DNA from: Eledone cirrhosa
Taxonomy: Eukaryota
NCBI GenBank assembly: GCA_964016885.1
Contig: OZ024758.1
Coordinates: 19,654,001-19,718,000, forward strand
Length of the DNA: 64,000 nt
Direction: 5' to 3'
Shown here in pieces: positions 14,643 to 28,295 of the stretch; the first letter of the stretch is position 1; every line of letters begins with the position of its first letter. Position numbers and translations under genes: made by a program. The notes under the pieces were generated by a model. It was not told the DNA's origin. It searched no databases and saw only the letters and a program-made list of their open reading frames with translations.

Positions 14643-14674
<32 letters not shown>

Positions 14675-14762
14675 ATTATATATATATATATATATATAAT
14701 ATATATATATATTATATATATATATATATATTATATATATATATATATATTATATATATATA

Positions 14763-14827
<65 letters not shown>

Positions 14828-14828
14828 A

Positions 14829-14873
<45 letters not shown>

Positions 14874-14902
14874 ATTATATATATATATATTATATATATA
14901 TA

Positions 14903-14947
<45 letters not shown>

Positions 14948-14979
14948 ATTATATATATATATATTATATATATATATAT

Positions 14980-15074
<95 letters not shown>

Positions 15075-15078
15075 ATAT

Positions 15079-15137
<59 letters not shown>

Positions 15138-15282
15138 ATAATATATTATATATATATATATATTATATATATATATAATATATTATATATATATATTATA
15201 TATATATATCTTATATATATTATATATATATATATATTATATATATTATATATATATTATATATATATATATTATATATATA

Positions 15283-15320
<38 letters not shown>

Positions 15321-15365
15321 TATATATATATTATATATGATATATATATATATATATTATTTATA

Positions 15366-15414
<49 letters not shown>

Positions 15415-15439
15415 ATATATATATAATATATTATATATA

Positions 15440-15512
<73 letters not shown>

Positions 15513-15638
15513 ATAATATATTATATATATATATATATTATATATATATATATAATATATTATATATATATATATATATTATATATATATATATAATATA
15601 TTATATATATATATATTATATATATATATATAATATAT

Positions 15639-15670
<32 letters not shown>

Positions 15671-15707
15671 ATTATATATATATATATATTATATATTTAT
15701 ATATATA

Positions 15708-15749
<42 letters not shown>

Positions 15750-15864
15750 ATATATATATATTATATATATATTATATAATATATATATAATATATATATA
15801 TATATATTATATTATATATATATATATTATATATATATATATATATATATTAATATATATATAT

Positions 15865-15898
<34 letters not shown>

Positions 15899-15920
15899 AT
15901 ATTATATATATATATTATAT

Positions 15921-15956
<36 letters not shown>

Positions 15957-16039
15957 TATATAATATATATATATATATATATATATTATATTATATATAT
16001 ATATATTATATATATATATATATATATTATATATTATAT

Positions 16040-16080
<41 letters not shown>

Positions 16081-16585
16081 TATATTATATATATATATAT
16101 ATTATATATATATATATAATTATATATATTATATATATATATATATATATATTATTTATATATATATATATTATATATATATATATATATTATATATATA
16201 TATATATATTATATATATATATATTATATATATTATATATATATATATTATTATATATATTATATATATATATATATATATTATTTATATATATATATAT
16301 TATATATATATATATATATTATTTATATATATATATATTATTTATATTATATATATATTATATATATTATATATATATATATATTATATATATATATATA
16401 TATATTATTTATATATATATATATATATTATTTTATATATATATATATTATTTATATATATATATATATATATTTTTATATATATATATATTATTATTTT
16501 TATATATATATATATTATTTTTATATATATATATATTATTTTTATATATATATATATTATTTTTATATATATATATATTATTATT
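13078..16585. repeat. Interrupted (TA)n array, about 3.5 kb
   Basis: Direct inspection; almost free of C and G. Confidence 0.97.
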
Positions 16586-16879
16586 ATAAAAACAAATAAC
16601 GAAACGAAATAAATTTCGTTTCGTTTGTAACTCACTTTTGTATGACTGACGCTTAAACAATTAAGTTAAAAATGTACATCCACATATGTATACTGAAATA
16701 CTAGTATGCATATGAATACACACACGTATACATATGTAGATGTACCGAGTTTTTCACTGGTCACTTTACTGTGAGTGTCCAGCTATTCTGTATGTAAACA
16801 CACAGACAAACCGGTTTTTAGAGTCATACTGGTTTTTGAGGAAACACCTTTCCTCTATTCTTCAGAAAGCCAGACAAGG

Positions 16880-16924
16880 AATATTGAACTAGTTTCGTTG
16901 TTGTTACAACTCATCAGCAATATT
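16880..16924 (-). ncRNA. Minimal type I hammerhead ribozyme, intact
   Basis: Exact reverse complement of 17743-17787. Confidence 0.9.
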
Positions 16925-17742
16925 TACCTATCTTCCGGCCTTTCTAGAGAATCGTAAAAGCACATATCGTTATATGCTTTTTCTATGAAAATTATTAGTG
17001 GGCAGACTAATTTGCATAGAGCGTGAGTACGTACCGGTTCAACGGAGACGATAAAAACAAATAACGAAACGAAATTAAATTTCGTTTCGTTTGTAACTCA
17101 CTTTTGTATGACTGACGCTTAAACAATTAAGTTAAAAATGTACATCCACATATGTATACTGAAATACTAGTATGCATATGAATACACACACGTATACATA
17201 TGTAGATGTACCGAGTTTTTCACTGGTCACTTTACTGTGAGTGTCCAGCTATTCTGTATGTAAACACACAGACAAACCGGTTTTTAGAGTCATACTGGTT
17301 TTTGAGGAAACACCTTTCCTCTATTGTCTGGCTTTCTGGAGAATAGAGGAAAGGTGTTTCCTCAAAAACCAGTATGACTCTAAAAACCGGTTTGTCTGTG
17401 TGTTTACATACAGAATAGCTGGACACTCACAGTAAAGTGACCAGTGAAAAACTCGGTACATCTACATATGTATACGTGTGTGTATTCATATGCATACTAG
17501 TATTTCAGTATACATATGTGGATGTACATTTTTAACTTAATTGTTTAAGCGTCAGTCATACAAAAGTGAGTTACAAACGAAACGAAATTTAATTTCGTTT
17601 CGTTATTTGTTTTTATCGTCTCCGTTGAACCGGTACGTACTCACGCTCTATGCAAATTAGTCTGCCCACTACTAATTTTCATAGAACAAGCATATAACGA
17701 TATGTGCTTTTACGATTCTCTAGAAAGGCCGGAAGATAGGTA

Positions 17743-17787
17743 AATATTGCTGATGAGTTGTAACAACAACGAAACTAGTTCAATATT
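17743..17787 (+). ncRNA. Minimal type I hammerhead ribozyme, intact
   Basis: AATATTG-CTGATGA-GTTG(TAACAA)CAAC-GAAA-CTAG-TT-CAATATT: 7-bp stem I, full core, 4-bp stem II with G10.1-C11.1, palindromic CTAG in stem/loop III; predicted cut after 17780 (GUU). Confidence 0.9.
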
Positions 17788-17810
17788 CCTTGTCTGGCTT
17801 TCTGGAGAAT

Positions 17811-18160
17811 TATATATATATATATTACTATTATATATATATATATATTACTATTATATATATATATATATTACTATTATATATATATATATTACTATTA
17901 TATATATATATATTACTATTATATATATATATATTACTATTATATATATATATATTACTATTATATATATATATATATTACTATTATATATATATATATA
18001 GTACTATTATATATATATATATAGTACTATTATATATATATATATAGTACTATTATATATATATATATAGTACTATTATATATATATATATAGTACTATT
18101 ATATATATATATATTACTATTATATATATATATATTATTATTATATATATATATATATAT
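17811..18160. repeat. Minisatellite of about 20 bp: (TA)n-TTACTAT / TAGTACTAT
   Basis: Repeated TTACTATT then GTACTATT units spaced by TA runs. Confidence 0.85.
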
Positions 18161-19382
18161 ACATGTGCAACCCCAATATCTACCTGGAGTTGCGATCGAT
18201 AGATAGTATTAGCAATTGGAAAGACCAACGGAAACATTGTTCCCTCGGTCCGATTTGATATACATGTGCAACCCCACTATCTATATATATCTATACAATA
18301 TATATATATATATACATGTGCAACCCCAATATCTATATATATATAATGTGTGTGTGTGTGTGTGTGTGTGCCTGCGTGTGTGTGTGTATGTGTGAATTCA
18401 ATGGAAATAATAACACCAGCGGTACAGTATATGAAAGAAATGTATTAATTTAACGTTTGCAATAGCAGGCAGCGGATATTAATGTTAACGGGTGATGTTA
18501 AGTTGGAAGTAAATGTATAGTGTAAGAAATATATATATATACAATGACACACAAACAGAAGCACCTACTTACAGACGCACATACAGAGAATACTTAGGAT
18601 TAAATAAGATTATTGATCCCATGTACAACATTCTCAATAATTATATTGCTTATTATACTTTACCTCTCGATAAACTGAAGTTATTTGCCAATGTCGAGTG
18701 AGAATCGATCAACATTTTTGTCAGTTTTTAACACTCCTCAGGAATCGCTAATCACAACTATCAAATATATATCATTTTAGACATTAGACAGGCAAGATTT
18801 AATTACAAATCACTAATGATGTGTGATTATTAAGACAAGTGTATAGCGACTTAATCTAGAATCAGTTTTATGATGAATATTTATTCTTGGTAGTAAACCG
18901 ACTATCTGTGTATAACTAATACCTCTTTCGAATCGTATAACGAATGAGAATTTATTAAAGTGTGACGAGGGAAGTTCGCAATTATAGGAAACAAATTAAA
19001 TTAAACAATTCTGTAAAAATTATATAGAAATAAAATATACCAACAAGCCACCTGATTTCTATAGTATTGATGAATCTACATAACTAATATTATCAGGGGA
19101 GTTAGGCTTCAACACAAGGAGGTGAAAAAGGTTTTCATTTTCATGAATGTCATTGTACGGAAGTTCTGTGTTCTTAATGGTCTTTACTAAATTTAATACC
19201 GTAAGAGTCTAATTAAGTTAAAATACACTAAAGTATATTAAATTTATAAGGGATGGGATTACTTGGATTAAGCAGCATTCCATGTCGATTTCATTTAATA
19301 TAACTTAATTTATTTTCATTTAATTTGATGTAATTTATTCTAATTAGACGCATCTCTCTCTCCAACACATTGTATATAAGAC

Positions 19383-19444
<62 letters not shown>

Positions 19445-20881
19445 CCTAACTGCCTGTGTGTTTGCTTTCATATTACGTAGTACTTTAGTATTTCGCAACT
19501 TATATATTATTTACATAAGACGCATGTTTCGCACTCAATCTGCTGACTCGATGCTCGCAACTGAATCTGGAATCGATAGCTTCTCAGAATCGTGGATCTT
19601 TTAATGTAATAGCATACATCAAACACCTGCATTATCCATGCCTCCTTTTTATAAGTACGCGCGAAACGATGTTTTGCGCCAGTTGAAACAATTATTATTT
19701 TAAAAGCTGTCGTAATTTTCGTTGCTGTTGAAATTGTGATTAATATTCATAGTGAATCTTTTTTTATTTTCCATCAATTAATTTGGCACGGTGAAAGAAA
19801 TTCATAATCAATACTTTTACTTGATTGCAACAAAACCACTCATGTATGACTTTTCTCTTTTCGGATTATCAAATTTAAGCAGAAAATCATGTTGAATAAC
19901 TTTGGTTCCGAAATAAATCCATTAGAATGAGAAACTAAACATACTATGGCTATATTTCAGCTTTTTACTTCACCATATTTAAATTTTTTTCAAAGAATAA
20001 TGAATAATATGCTAGTTGAGAATATCTCACATTTAAACAAGATAGCAAAAATGAAGCAATTTGATCAGAGAGCGCATGACTTACTTATTTACCGTTGGAT
20101 CAAAATCAATCTCAGCATCCGTATTCAAACTGGTCAGTATCACGCTAAATTCCACCATTACAAATTTTACAATTACTTTTAGAAAATTATCAATCAGGAA
20201 ATTGGTTCTTTCAGCCTTCTGAAAATTGCCAAATGAATAATTCAATCTAATTTATTTTCAAATTTACAAGGATGACTACAGGTATAGAATTTCGGGCATG
20301 ATTTATTGCTCAATTTAAAGAGATCCAGCAACAAATGCAATTTCAAACACCACATAATTTAACTGTAAGTTTTTTTCCAGGGTTGTAAAAATGCTTCACA
20401 AACATTTTCCTCGTGGAAATATATACGAGTACTTTAGGAATTATAGTCGCCTGTGATCGGAGATTTGTTACAGATACAGCCACTATTTCTCTGAGAGATC
20501 AGATCTCCAATGCAACGGATATGTCTGGAAAGAGACATCCCTCAGGACAGAGATGCAGTGGTAGAACCGGGGTAGGATGTTTGGTTAGCATACATGAACT
20601 TGGCCATTTATCCGAATCAATTGAAGACTGTTGCTTCTGACAGGATCCATTGTATGATCTTCTTGACGACTCTGACCTCATGAACGTCCTAGTAATGAGT
20701 GGGCGATGAAGACGAAGTAGAAGAAAATATAACGATGCAGTAGGAATCGGAGGTGAACAAGAACAGAGCACGGAGAAATGCTCAACATTAACCGTACAAG
20801 GACTAAATCCGAATCTATTTAATTTAATTATCAATTCACGTTTCATTAAATATAATTTCCCTCATCGCAAGGCAATAATTC

Positions 20882-21063
20882 ATAATTATTTCTACTTTTG
20901 GCACAATGCCAGCAATTATCCCAGTGCATTACTGGTACTTTATTTTATCGACCCCGTAAGGATGAAAGGCAAAGTTAACCTCGGCGGGATTTGAACTCAG
21001 ATCATAAAGGGCCGTAACTCTTTGCTGCAAAGCATGGCGTCCGACCCTCTACCGATACTGCCA
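20882..21063 (-). mobile_element. Full-length tRNA-headed Meta-domain-like SINE
   Basis: Closest copy to the local consensus: A box, B box, GCCTTTCATCCTTACGGGGTCGATAAAATAAAGTACCAG and tail. Confidence 0.9.
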
Positions 21064-22792
21064 AGAACAACCCGTTGACGAACTGAAACTATTAATACCT
21101 GATCGGCTGAAATGAAAAATATTTGTCACCACAAAAAAATGGATGCATTTAGTAGAATTAGCACACTTACGAATATTGGAACATGGAACTTGGTTATACT
21201 TTTATGTATGGACTTTTTTTATTTCTAAATATTTAAACAATAAATATTCTTATTTCCTCTAACAAGCAGGATATTTGTTTACTTAATGTATGTTAGAGAA
21301 AATAGAATTAATATGAATGAAACTTAGGACATCGTCGAAATTACATAGATTTATTGTTACGGATGAGCAAATGTAACCAGACATATCTTTAAAAATATGA
21401 CAAAAGCCATGTGGCATGGATTTAAAAAATGCTGATCATATTCTACTTGTTACTCACGTTATCTCAGGCATATTTAACTGACATATTCTTATAGCTAAGG
21501 TGTCTATAAATATCCATATTTCCGCTTTAAAGTTAGATGAATACATCAAGAAAAGCAGGCACTTTTATAAAGACCATACATATGGTCAACTCTTATTGTA
21601 TCTGTCAGCGTCTTGAATATCTACATTCTCTGGACGGCATATTATAGTATAACACATTAAGTTGGACACCATACTGATTCTGATCGTCAGCATCACATCT
21701 GATATCAATCCAGTTCAAAAATATATTCTCTCTGACACTCAAGCGTTTCTAAAACACAGCATATCATTTTCCAATCCCCTAATTCTACAAGGCATTTTAC
21801 AAAATATGAATAAAAAGAATATCCGTAATATGTGTATCTTGGGAAAATCATTTGTATTTTTGTTTTCATTAGATATCTGAGTGTCTTTAAGATTGAATAG
21901 AAAGCACTATGCAAGTACGAGATACTTAACAGTGATAGTATGGTTTTCAAAGATTGATTTCCATTGATCTCTGTTATTCCATTCTTTGATGTAAAAATTT
22001 CGACATCTTTGTTCATTATTTATGTATGGATACCTTTTTTTTCTGAAGCAGGATAACTTTGTAGCTGACGGATACATAAAACCAATAATTTCAAGCAGAG
22101 CTTCAATTGGAGAATAAAAACTAAATTTCACATCATCTGTGATTCTAGGATACACAACACGTATCTTACTTGGTGTCTCATGGCATCACCTTAACCCACA
22201 CACGCACATGTATATCTATATGTAAAAGGGTGAGCGTGTGTGTGTATTTATACTTACGTTTGTAGGTATGTTTACTATTCAATAACATCCAAGCCTATGC
22301 TGCATGAACACTACTGCTGGCAACCTACTAGACAATGGAAGGGAATTACTGAGGAGGGTGTGGAAATAGATCAGTGTACTTAAAGAATCAGGCAATTCAA
22401 TTTATCGTCCATCATCCTGGCACTTAGTGATATAATACAGTTGAATATTGTAATTTTAAACTTCATTTTTATCTGTTAAATACCAGCAAATTGCCTCGGC
22501 CCCCCTACACCAATCACTACCTTGTTAGTGGTAATGCACCTACGGTGCATATATATCTATCTCAAATATTCTATAGAGGTATGTGGGTTGGGATTAAACT
22601 AACATGCACGACTTTACCGAGGATCATGTTTCGAAGCTAGAACTAAATTGCATGCTGTCGCCTTGATGTTTTCATTCGTGTTTGCACATAGTCCTATAGC
22701 ATTAGTATGTTCGTGTACACGTGAAATAAAGATTACACACAACCACATATACGCTCAGTGCTGCACAGCCAATACGCGCCCACGTATGTATA

Positions 22793-22915
22793 CAGTGGCG
22801 GAGAGGGTCTAAAAAATATAGGTTGCCAGGAAATGAAAGGTGTCCTCCTGCATATAGAATGCTATCATTTAATTTTTATAATGAATAAATAACATTTTCG
22901 AAAAATACATATGGT
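22793..22915 (+). mobile_element. hAT-like left terminus
   Basis: Begins CAGTGGCGGA; about 120 bp are directly repeated at 23768-23885, with a partial internal copy near 22946-22995. Confidence 0.45.
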
Positions 22916-23071
22916 AAGAAAAGAGTGCTATCATATTTTTGGGATTGGTTGCCAAGAAATGAAGGGTGTCCACCTACATACAGAATGTTATTACAATTGA
23001 TTCTTGCGAAATCCAATTTCAATACTGACCAGAAGTCGACCCAAAATATTACTAATAGCACTAGGAAAGCG

Positions 23072-23429
23072 ATGAACGGCACCACATCTTATTGACTTTG
23101 ATTTTGAAAGTAGGTTTCTAAATTTACGTTAGACCTTTGTAGCAGTCTAGGTGGCCTAGTTGGTAGAATCATAGACGGTAGTGATCCTGATCCGAAGTCC
23201 TGCCCTGGTCGGGAGTACGATTCCCGGTAAACTTTTCAGTTTTGTTCTATGGGTTGTAAAATAAAAACTGAAAATGTTTACATGCACCTCTTGACCAGGA
23301 TTGAACCCAAGGCCAGGATCTCCACCGTCTCTAGTACCTGGCAATATGCCACAGAGACAACTACGAAATCTCATGAAAATTAATACTTATAAACCTACTT
23401 TTCAAACAAAGTGTTGTGGTGTCGTTCAT
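23072..23429. mobile_element. Imperfect inverted-repeat element with tRNA-like sequence in both arms
   Basis: ATGAACGGCACCACA / TGTGGTGTCGTTCAT, AAAGTAGGTTT / AAACCTACTTT and TTTTCAGTTTT / AAAACTGAAAA pair in nested order. A-box-like GTGGCCTAGTTGGTAGA (plus) and B-box-like GGGTTCAATCCT (minus). Confidence 0.6.
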
Positions 23430-23767
23430 GTCTTTCATAATGTTTTTCCTGCTACTTAACGGCGACTATTAACTTATTTGGTTGTTCTATAATCTACATC
23501 CCCGTTTTGATTCACATCTAACTAGACTATATTTTATCTTGTAGTCCATGTTTCATTTCTGCTGTACCTCATCTCTCCCGACACTCTCTCTCTTTCGCTC
23601 TGTGATATTTGAATCTACTGATTTGAGCTTACCTTATTTCTATATATTTTTTGCATGCCAGTTAGATTCAAACTTACAATGATTGGCATTATATAAATTC
23701 ATATATACATACCGCTAATTGACTTGACAGATGTATTTGACCCATTGATACCATATATATATATATA

Positions 23768-24009
23768 CAGTGGCAGACAAGGTCTAAAAATATTGGTTGC
23801 CATGAAGTGAAGGGTGTCCACCTACATATAGAATGTTATTTATTTTTTAAAATGAATAAAACACATTTTCAAAAGATACATAAGTGGAAACAAAAGAATG
23901 CAATCAAATTTGTGCGGAAAAGTATCGTACCTTCTCCAATAAAATATATTATGTATTTAGACAAATTCAGAGACTTTCAATAATCACCTTTCGTCTTTCA
24001 CACTCACTC

Positions 24010-24047
<38 letters not shown>

Positions 24048-24523
24048 GTGTGTGTGTATACACGACCTTCACCGTTAATTGATTTGATAGATGTATTTAA
24101 CTCATTGATACCAAATATTATGTGGTCAGTAGATCGTGTGTAGGTATATATATATATATATATATATAATGTGTGTGTGTGTGTTTGTGTGTGTGTGTCT
24201 AGATATGTATGGTTGCATCCATAAATGGAAACACAAAGCTTTAGATTTAGTAAAATGTACAACCAATGATTCCAGCTGTCATATATGTTGTTTTCTAGTA
24301 GTTCACTTGGGGATTTGGTTGACCAAATGCTCTGCTTAATTGCTTTATTTAATTTGTAAAAATATCATTCATTCTCTTAGATTTCAGGTATTATTTTTAA
24401 AGCAAAGCATTGGCCCCGAATATACTATGTTGGGCCCTGCAATGCTACTGTGGGCTCTTGCAATGGTACTGTGAGCGTCATGGGGGCCACTTGCCATTGG
24501 GCAACCTGGCAAGTCCTCCACTG
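23768..24523 (+). mobile_element. hAT-like non-autonomous element
   Basis: Ends CAGTGGCAGAC ... GTCCTCCACTG are imperfect TIRs; subterminal GGCCC/GGGCC repeats at 24412-24490. Confidence 0.45.
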
Positions 24524-24762
24524 ATATATATACAGTATATATATATATACACACACACACACACAGAGAGAGGAATGTATGTTTTCATTTTTGCTTATAT
24601 AGTCATACATCGAAATGTGTATGCCTGCGTAATTGTTCGTGTGAAACTGGGTGCGAGTGAACGTGTTTTTCTGTTTTGTGCGATTGTGTGTATATATATA
24701 TATACATATATATAAAATTAGTTTTTATTTCTCGCCATAGCACAGCCAACACATATACTATA

Positions 24763-24819
<57 letters not shown>

Positions 24820-25381
24820 AGAGAGAGAGAGTGAGCTATTTATTGATGCCAGGTCCAATTTCGTTGCCTTTGTTTCGGTGTCTGGATGATCTACATTAAA
24901 TAAATAAAAAGTGAATAAATACATAAAATTACTAAAACCCGTTTGAGTAGTTTCTATTTATATTACTTATTTGTCGAACGCACATCACAATTTAGATTTT
25001 GCCACTTTAAAATATATATTGAGCAAAAAATATATATTTACCAATATAATTATACGTATTATATAGAATTACCCAATATTCCAATATTGGTTGGTACTGT
25101 AGATTTATATAAACATATAGACATTCCAAAATTCAAAATAATTATGGATTTATAGTTCTTGCTATTATTTCGTAGATTCTTGACGATGTATATATATTCT
25201 ATATATTTGAAGTGCTTGTTAGTTTCTAGACATTAATAAAAGATATCGATTATATTTATCAGAAGGAGTCTCAGCATGCATCTGAATGTTAAATTTCGTC
25301 AGATTAATGTTACTTTGTGATGGCGATGTCTGCACTTGTAAATAAAAATGTATATTGAATTAGATTTGTCAGAATTAATAA

Positions 25382-25554
25382 TATAATTGTTTCTACTTCT
25401 GGCACAAGGCCAGGAATTATACAATGTATTACTGGTACTTTATTCCATTGACCCCATAAGGATGAAGGCAAAGTTAACCTCGGCGGGATTTGAACTCAGA
25501 CCATAAAGGACCGTAACTTTTTGCATGGCGCCCGATACACTATGGATACTGTCA
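25382..25554 (-). mobile_element. SINE copy
   Basis: Tail, core, B box and degenerate head match 20882-21063. Confidence 0.85.
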
Positions 25555-25805
25555 ATGCATGATTCAAAGTCACATCAACAAAATCTGTGAGATCAACACT
25601 CATTCGGGTTTTACGATTTTTATCAATCACACGTGCTGTTTCATATTCTAATACCAATATACTGACAAAAGAATAAGCAATAAGCTATATATTTTGTGTT
25701 TCAAATATCTGCTAGATAGCGCATTTTTCATTTCCTAGTATTTAATAGTAGTATACATCACACAGTATGTATTCATATACACCTCAGTTGTTCAACCACA
25801 CACGC

Positions 25806-25881
<76 letters not shown>

Positions 25882-26222
25882 CAGGTTAGTTGTCTGGAAC
25901 TAAGTATCGAAATTACAATGTGTCAGCGTTCAGACTGCCACCCTTTCTAACACATACACACAAACATATATATATATATACATTACCAATACCTAATGAG
26001 AGGGTGGGAGTAGCAGTATCATTAACAGCAGCATTAGGAGTTGTAAGAGGCTGCATATGGAGTAGGAACGCGGCCGAATGTCTGAAGCTGTGGGGACGGA
26101 AAATTGATATACAGTCTGTGTGTGTATATATATATATATATATTAAATGTATAAATTGATTTAGGAACTCAAAATATTCTCTTAACACAAGAAAGAGATA
26201 GTTCTGACCTGTATATTATAAT

Positions 26223-26497
26223 AGAATATAAAAGAAAAGCGAACACAGGTATATAGATATGTGTTCAAATCGTAATGGACCTGATTCGCTAAGGTGAAAA
26301 GAATACTAACTATAGACAATTGGGTTCGCTCCTCTCAATTTAAGAAAAAATTAACAACATAAATAAATACAAACCGGAATTGAGACAAGCGAACCCAATT
26401 GTCTATAGTTAGTATTCTTTTCACCTTAGCGAATCAGGTCCCTTACGATTTGAACACATATATCTATATATCTGTGTTCGCTTTTCTTTTATATTCT
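26223..26497. mobile_element. Inverted-repeat element related to the tail of the 38205 element
   Basis: Arms about 26223-26340 / 26378-26497; GTGTTC(A/G)AATCGTAA..GGACC..GCTA.GGTGAAAA.AATACTAACTA also occurs at 38248-38297. Confidence 0.7.
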
Positions 26498-28295
26498 CTC
26501 TCTCTCTATATATATATGCATTTGTATACGACTCTATTACGAATTTAAATGTCATTAATATCTATTTTCATTTTGTAACTCCACCATGTTTACTAATGTC
26601 AAAAATTTATATGAGGTTTTGTATTAATAGAATTTTTATAAGCATATATATATTTCATCATGTTTTGGCTTACCTCCTTATAAAGGTTAGCCTATTTCTA
26701 TGTCTATCTAAAATATTTATCTAATATAAAGTTAATTTTGCAAGTGAAACTCAACTTTCTAATTATATAATTTATAATGTTTATACCTACATATCCATAT
26801 TAATTTTATTTATTTTAAATATATATAACTTAAGGGACATCCTATATAGATATCTATATATATATATACAATTTTTTATACATATATATATACATACAGG
26901 CATTGATATATCAAATTTGAAGATACAGCAATTGAAGCAACTTTAAAACAAATTTAATTTTCTAAATGAGTTATAACAGAATCTTTTTGTTAATGTTCAT
27001 TGAAGACTATAAAGTCGTGCAAAACAAAATAACATTTTCAAGTGAAATAAAATTTAGTTATACATGGCTTCGCTCGAAGAATTATATATATATATATATA
27101 TTTATATAATTATGCATTCACCCCCCCCCCCCCCCCCCCCACACACACACACGCACATATATATAAAATCTATGTGTGCCTAGGTGCTTCTATGTGTAAA
27201 TTCTGAACCATTTATATAATTTAGTATTTTGTGAATTTGCTTTGAGGGAAATTAACATGTATGCATATATTCTATTTATTCTAAAGATTTGCTGAGTAAT
27301 CCTTAGTACTTTGTGAACACTATATCTAACATTATGTTTAATGTGCTAAATACAGTTTGAATGGCATATTCTAAACCACATACTGTATGTCTAATTTGGT
27401 TACTAGATTAGGACATTCCATTGCTGACGCGCAGGTTTACTGCTTTCAACATTTCTAGTGTGTGTGTAATATTTATGTATATCACTGTGTTTTATTTAAT
27501 GTTTAACAGTAAATGTTATAATTACTTTCTGATGGAATAGATTGTCACATTTCACGCGAATCCCCGAGTTGAAAGAGAACAGACTCTGTGCTGTAAAATA
27601 TTTATTTTTACTGCTGTTTTAGCTGAGCTGTTGCGTCTCGTGTTAAATCATATCACTGTTCAGCGTATACACGATAAATAGAACAAAAATTAAATCATAT
27701 TCACCCAAAATGTATGTGGCTAGTCTTCTATATAAGTTAGCATAAATATTGTTCCTCTGGGCATATAATCTCGTGTACATTCAAAGATTGCAAATTGAAA
27801 TATAATTCCATTTCTACTTCAATATGTTGTCATCAGTGTAGGAATACATATCGTTGTGTTTCGCTGTAAATAACAATCAGTATAATGCATACCTACGCTA
27901 TATTTATTCCCTTTAAATATAATTTAGTCCTTCCATTAGCCTGAACACCATTTTGAAATATATATAATGAATTCTGTGCATTCAACTATTGATATTTTAT
28001 GAATTTGACTTAAGGGCATGCTTTTTTGCATCCTCTCACTTTAATTTTTTTTTCAATGTATCTGATAGTTAGACATGTTAATATATACACTGCAGTGTAC
28101 ATAGTGTGTAATAAGATGAATGTCTTCCATATTCCTATGGAACAGTAACAATTTGTTGCACATTAAAAGCTGTTGCTGTTAAAGAAATCTAATTGATTTT
28201 GTTTTCACTTTCGTAATATAAAAAATACTCAATTAAAAAAAAAAAAAACACATCTGAATCGTTTAGAAAAAAAGCGTTCGTATGGAAATGGTGGA

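Larger units (their letters stand above)
16586..17810. mobile_element. Retrozyme-like element: 466-bp HHR monomer, about 1.6 tandem copies (minus) plus one terminally redundant inverted copy (plus)
   Basis: Tandem period 465-466 bp (GTGAGTGTCC at 16771 and 17237). The inverted copy 17324-17810 begins and ends with TTGTCTGGCTTTCTGGAGAAT (17324 and 17790). One HHR per monomer, no credible ORF, TA arrays on both sides. Confidence 0.85.

Noticed and set aside
10256-16660. Long Ile/Tyr ORFs
   Set aside because: Translation of (TA)n arrays, some running through the N gap.
19513-19590. Minus-strand GAAAC-ATGC-GTC hammerhead half
   Set aside because: The upstream core reads CTGAGAA and stem I does not pair; at best a relic.
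20499-20846. 115-aa minus-strand ORF as host exon
   Set aside because: No recognisable domain or partner exons.
20882-21063. tRNA genes
   Set aside because: The A/B boxes belong to SINE heads; no complete cloverleaf.
21907-22155. YPRITDD resembling Penelope RT YxRYVDD
   Set aside because: Flanking RT motifs are not recognisable; needs a profile search.
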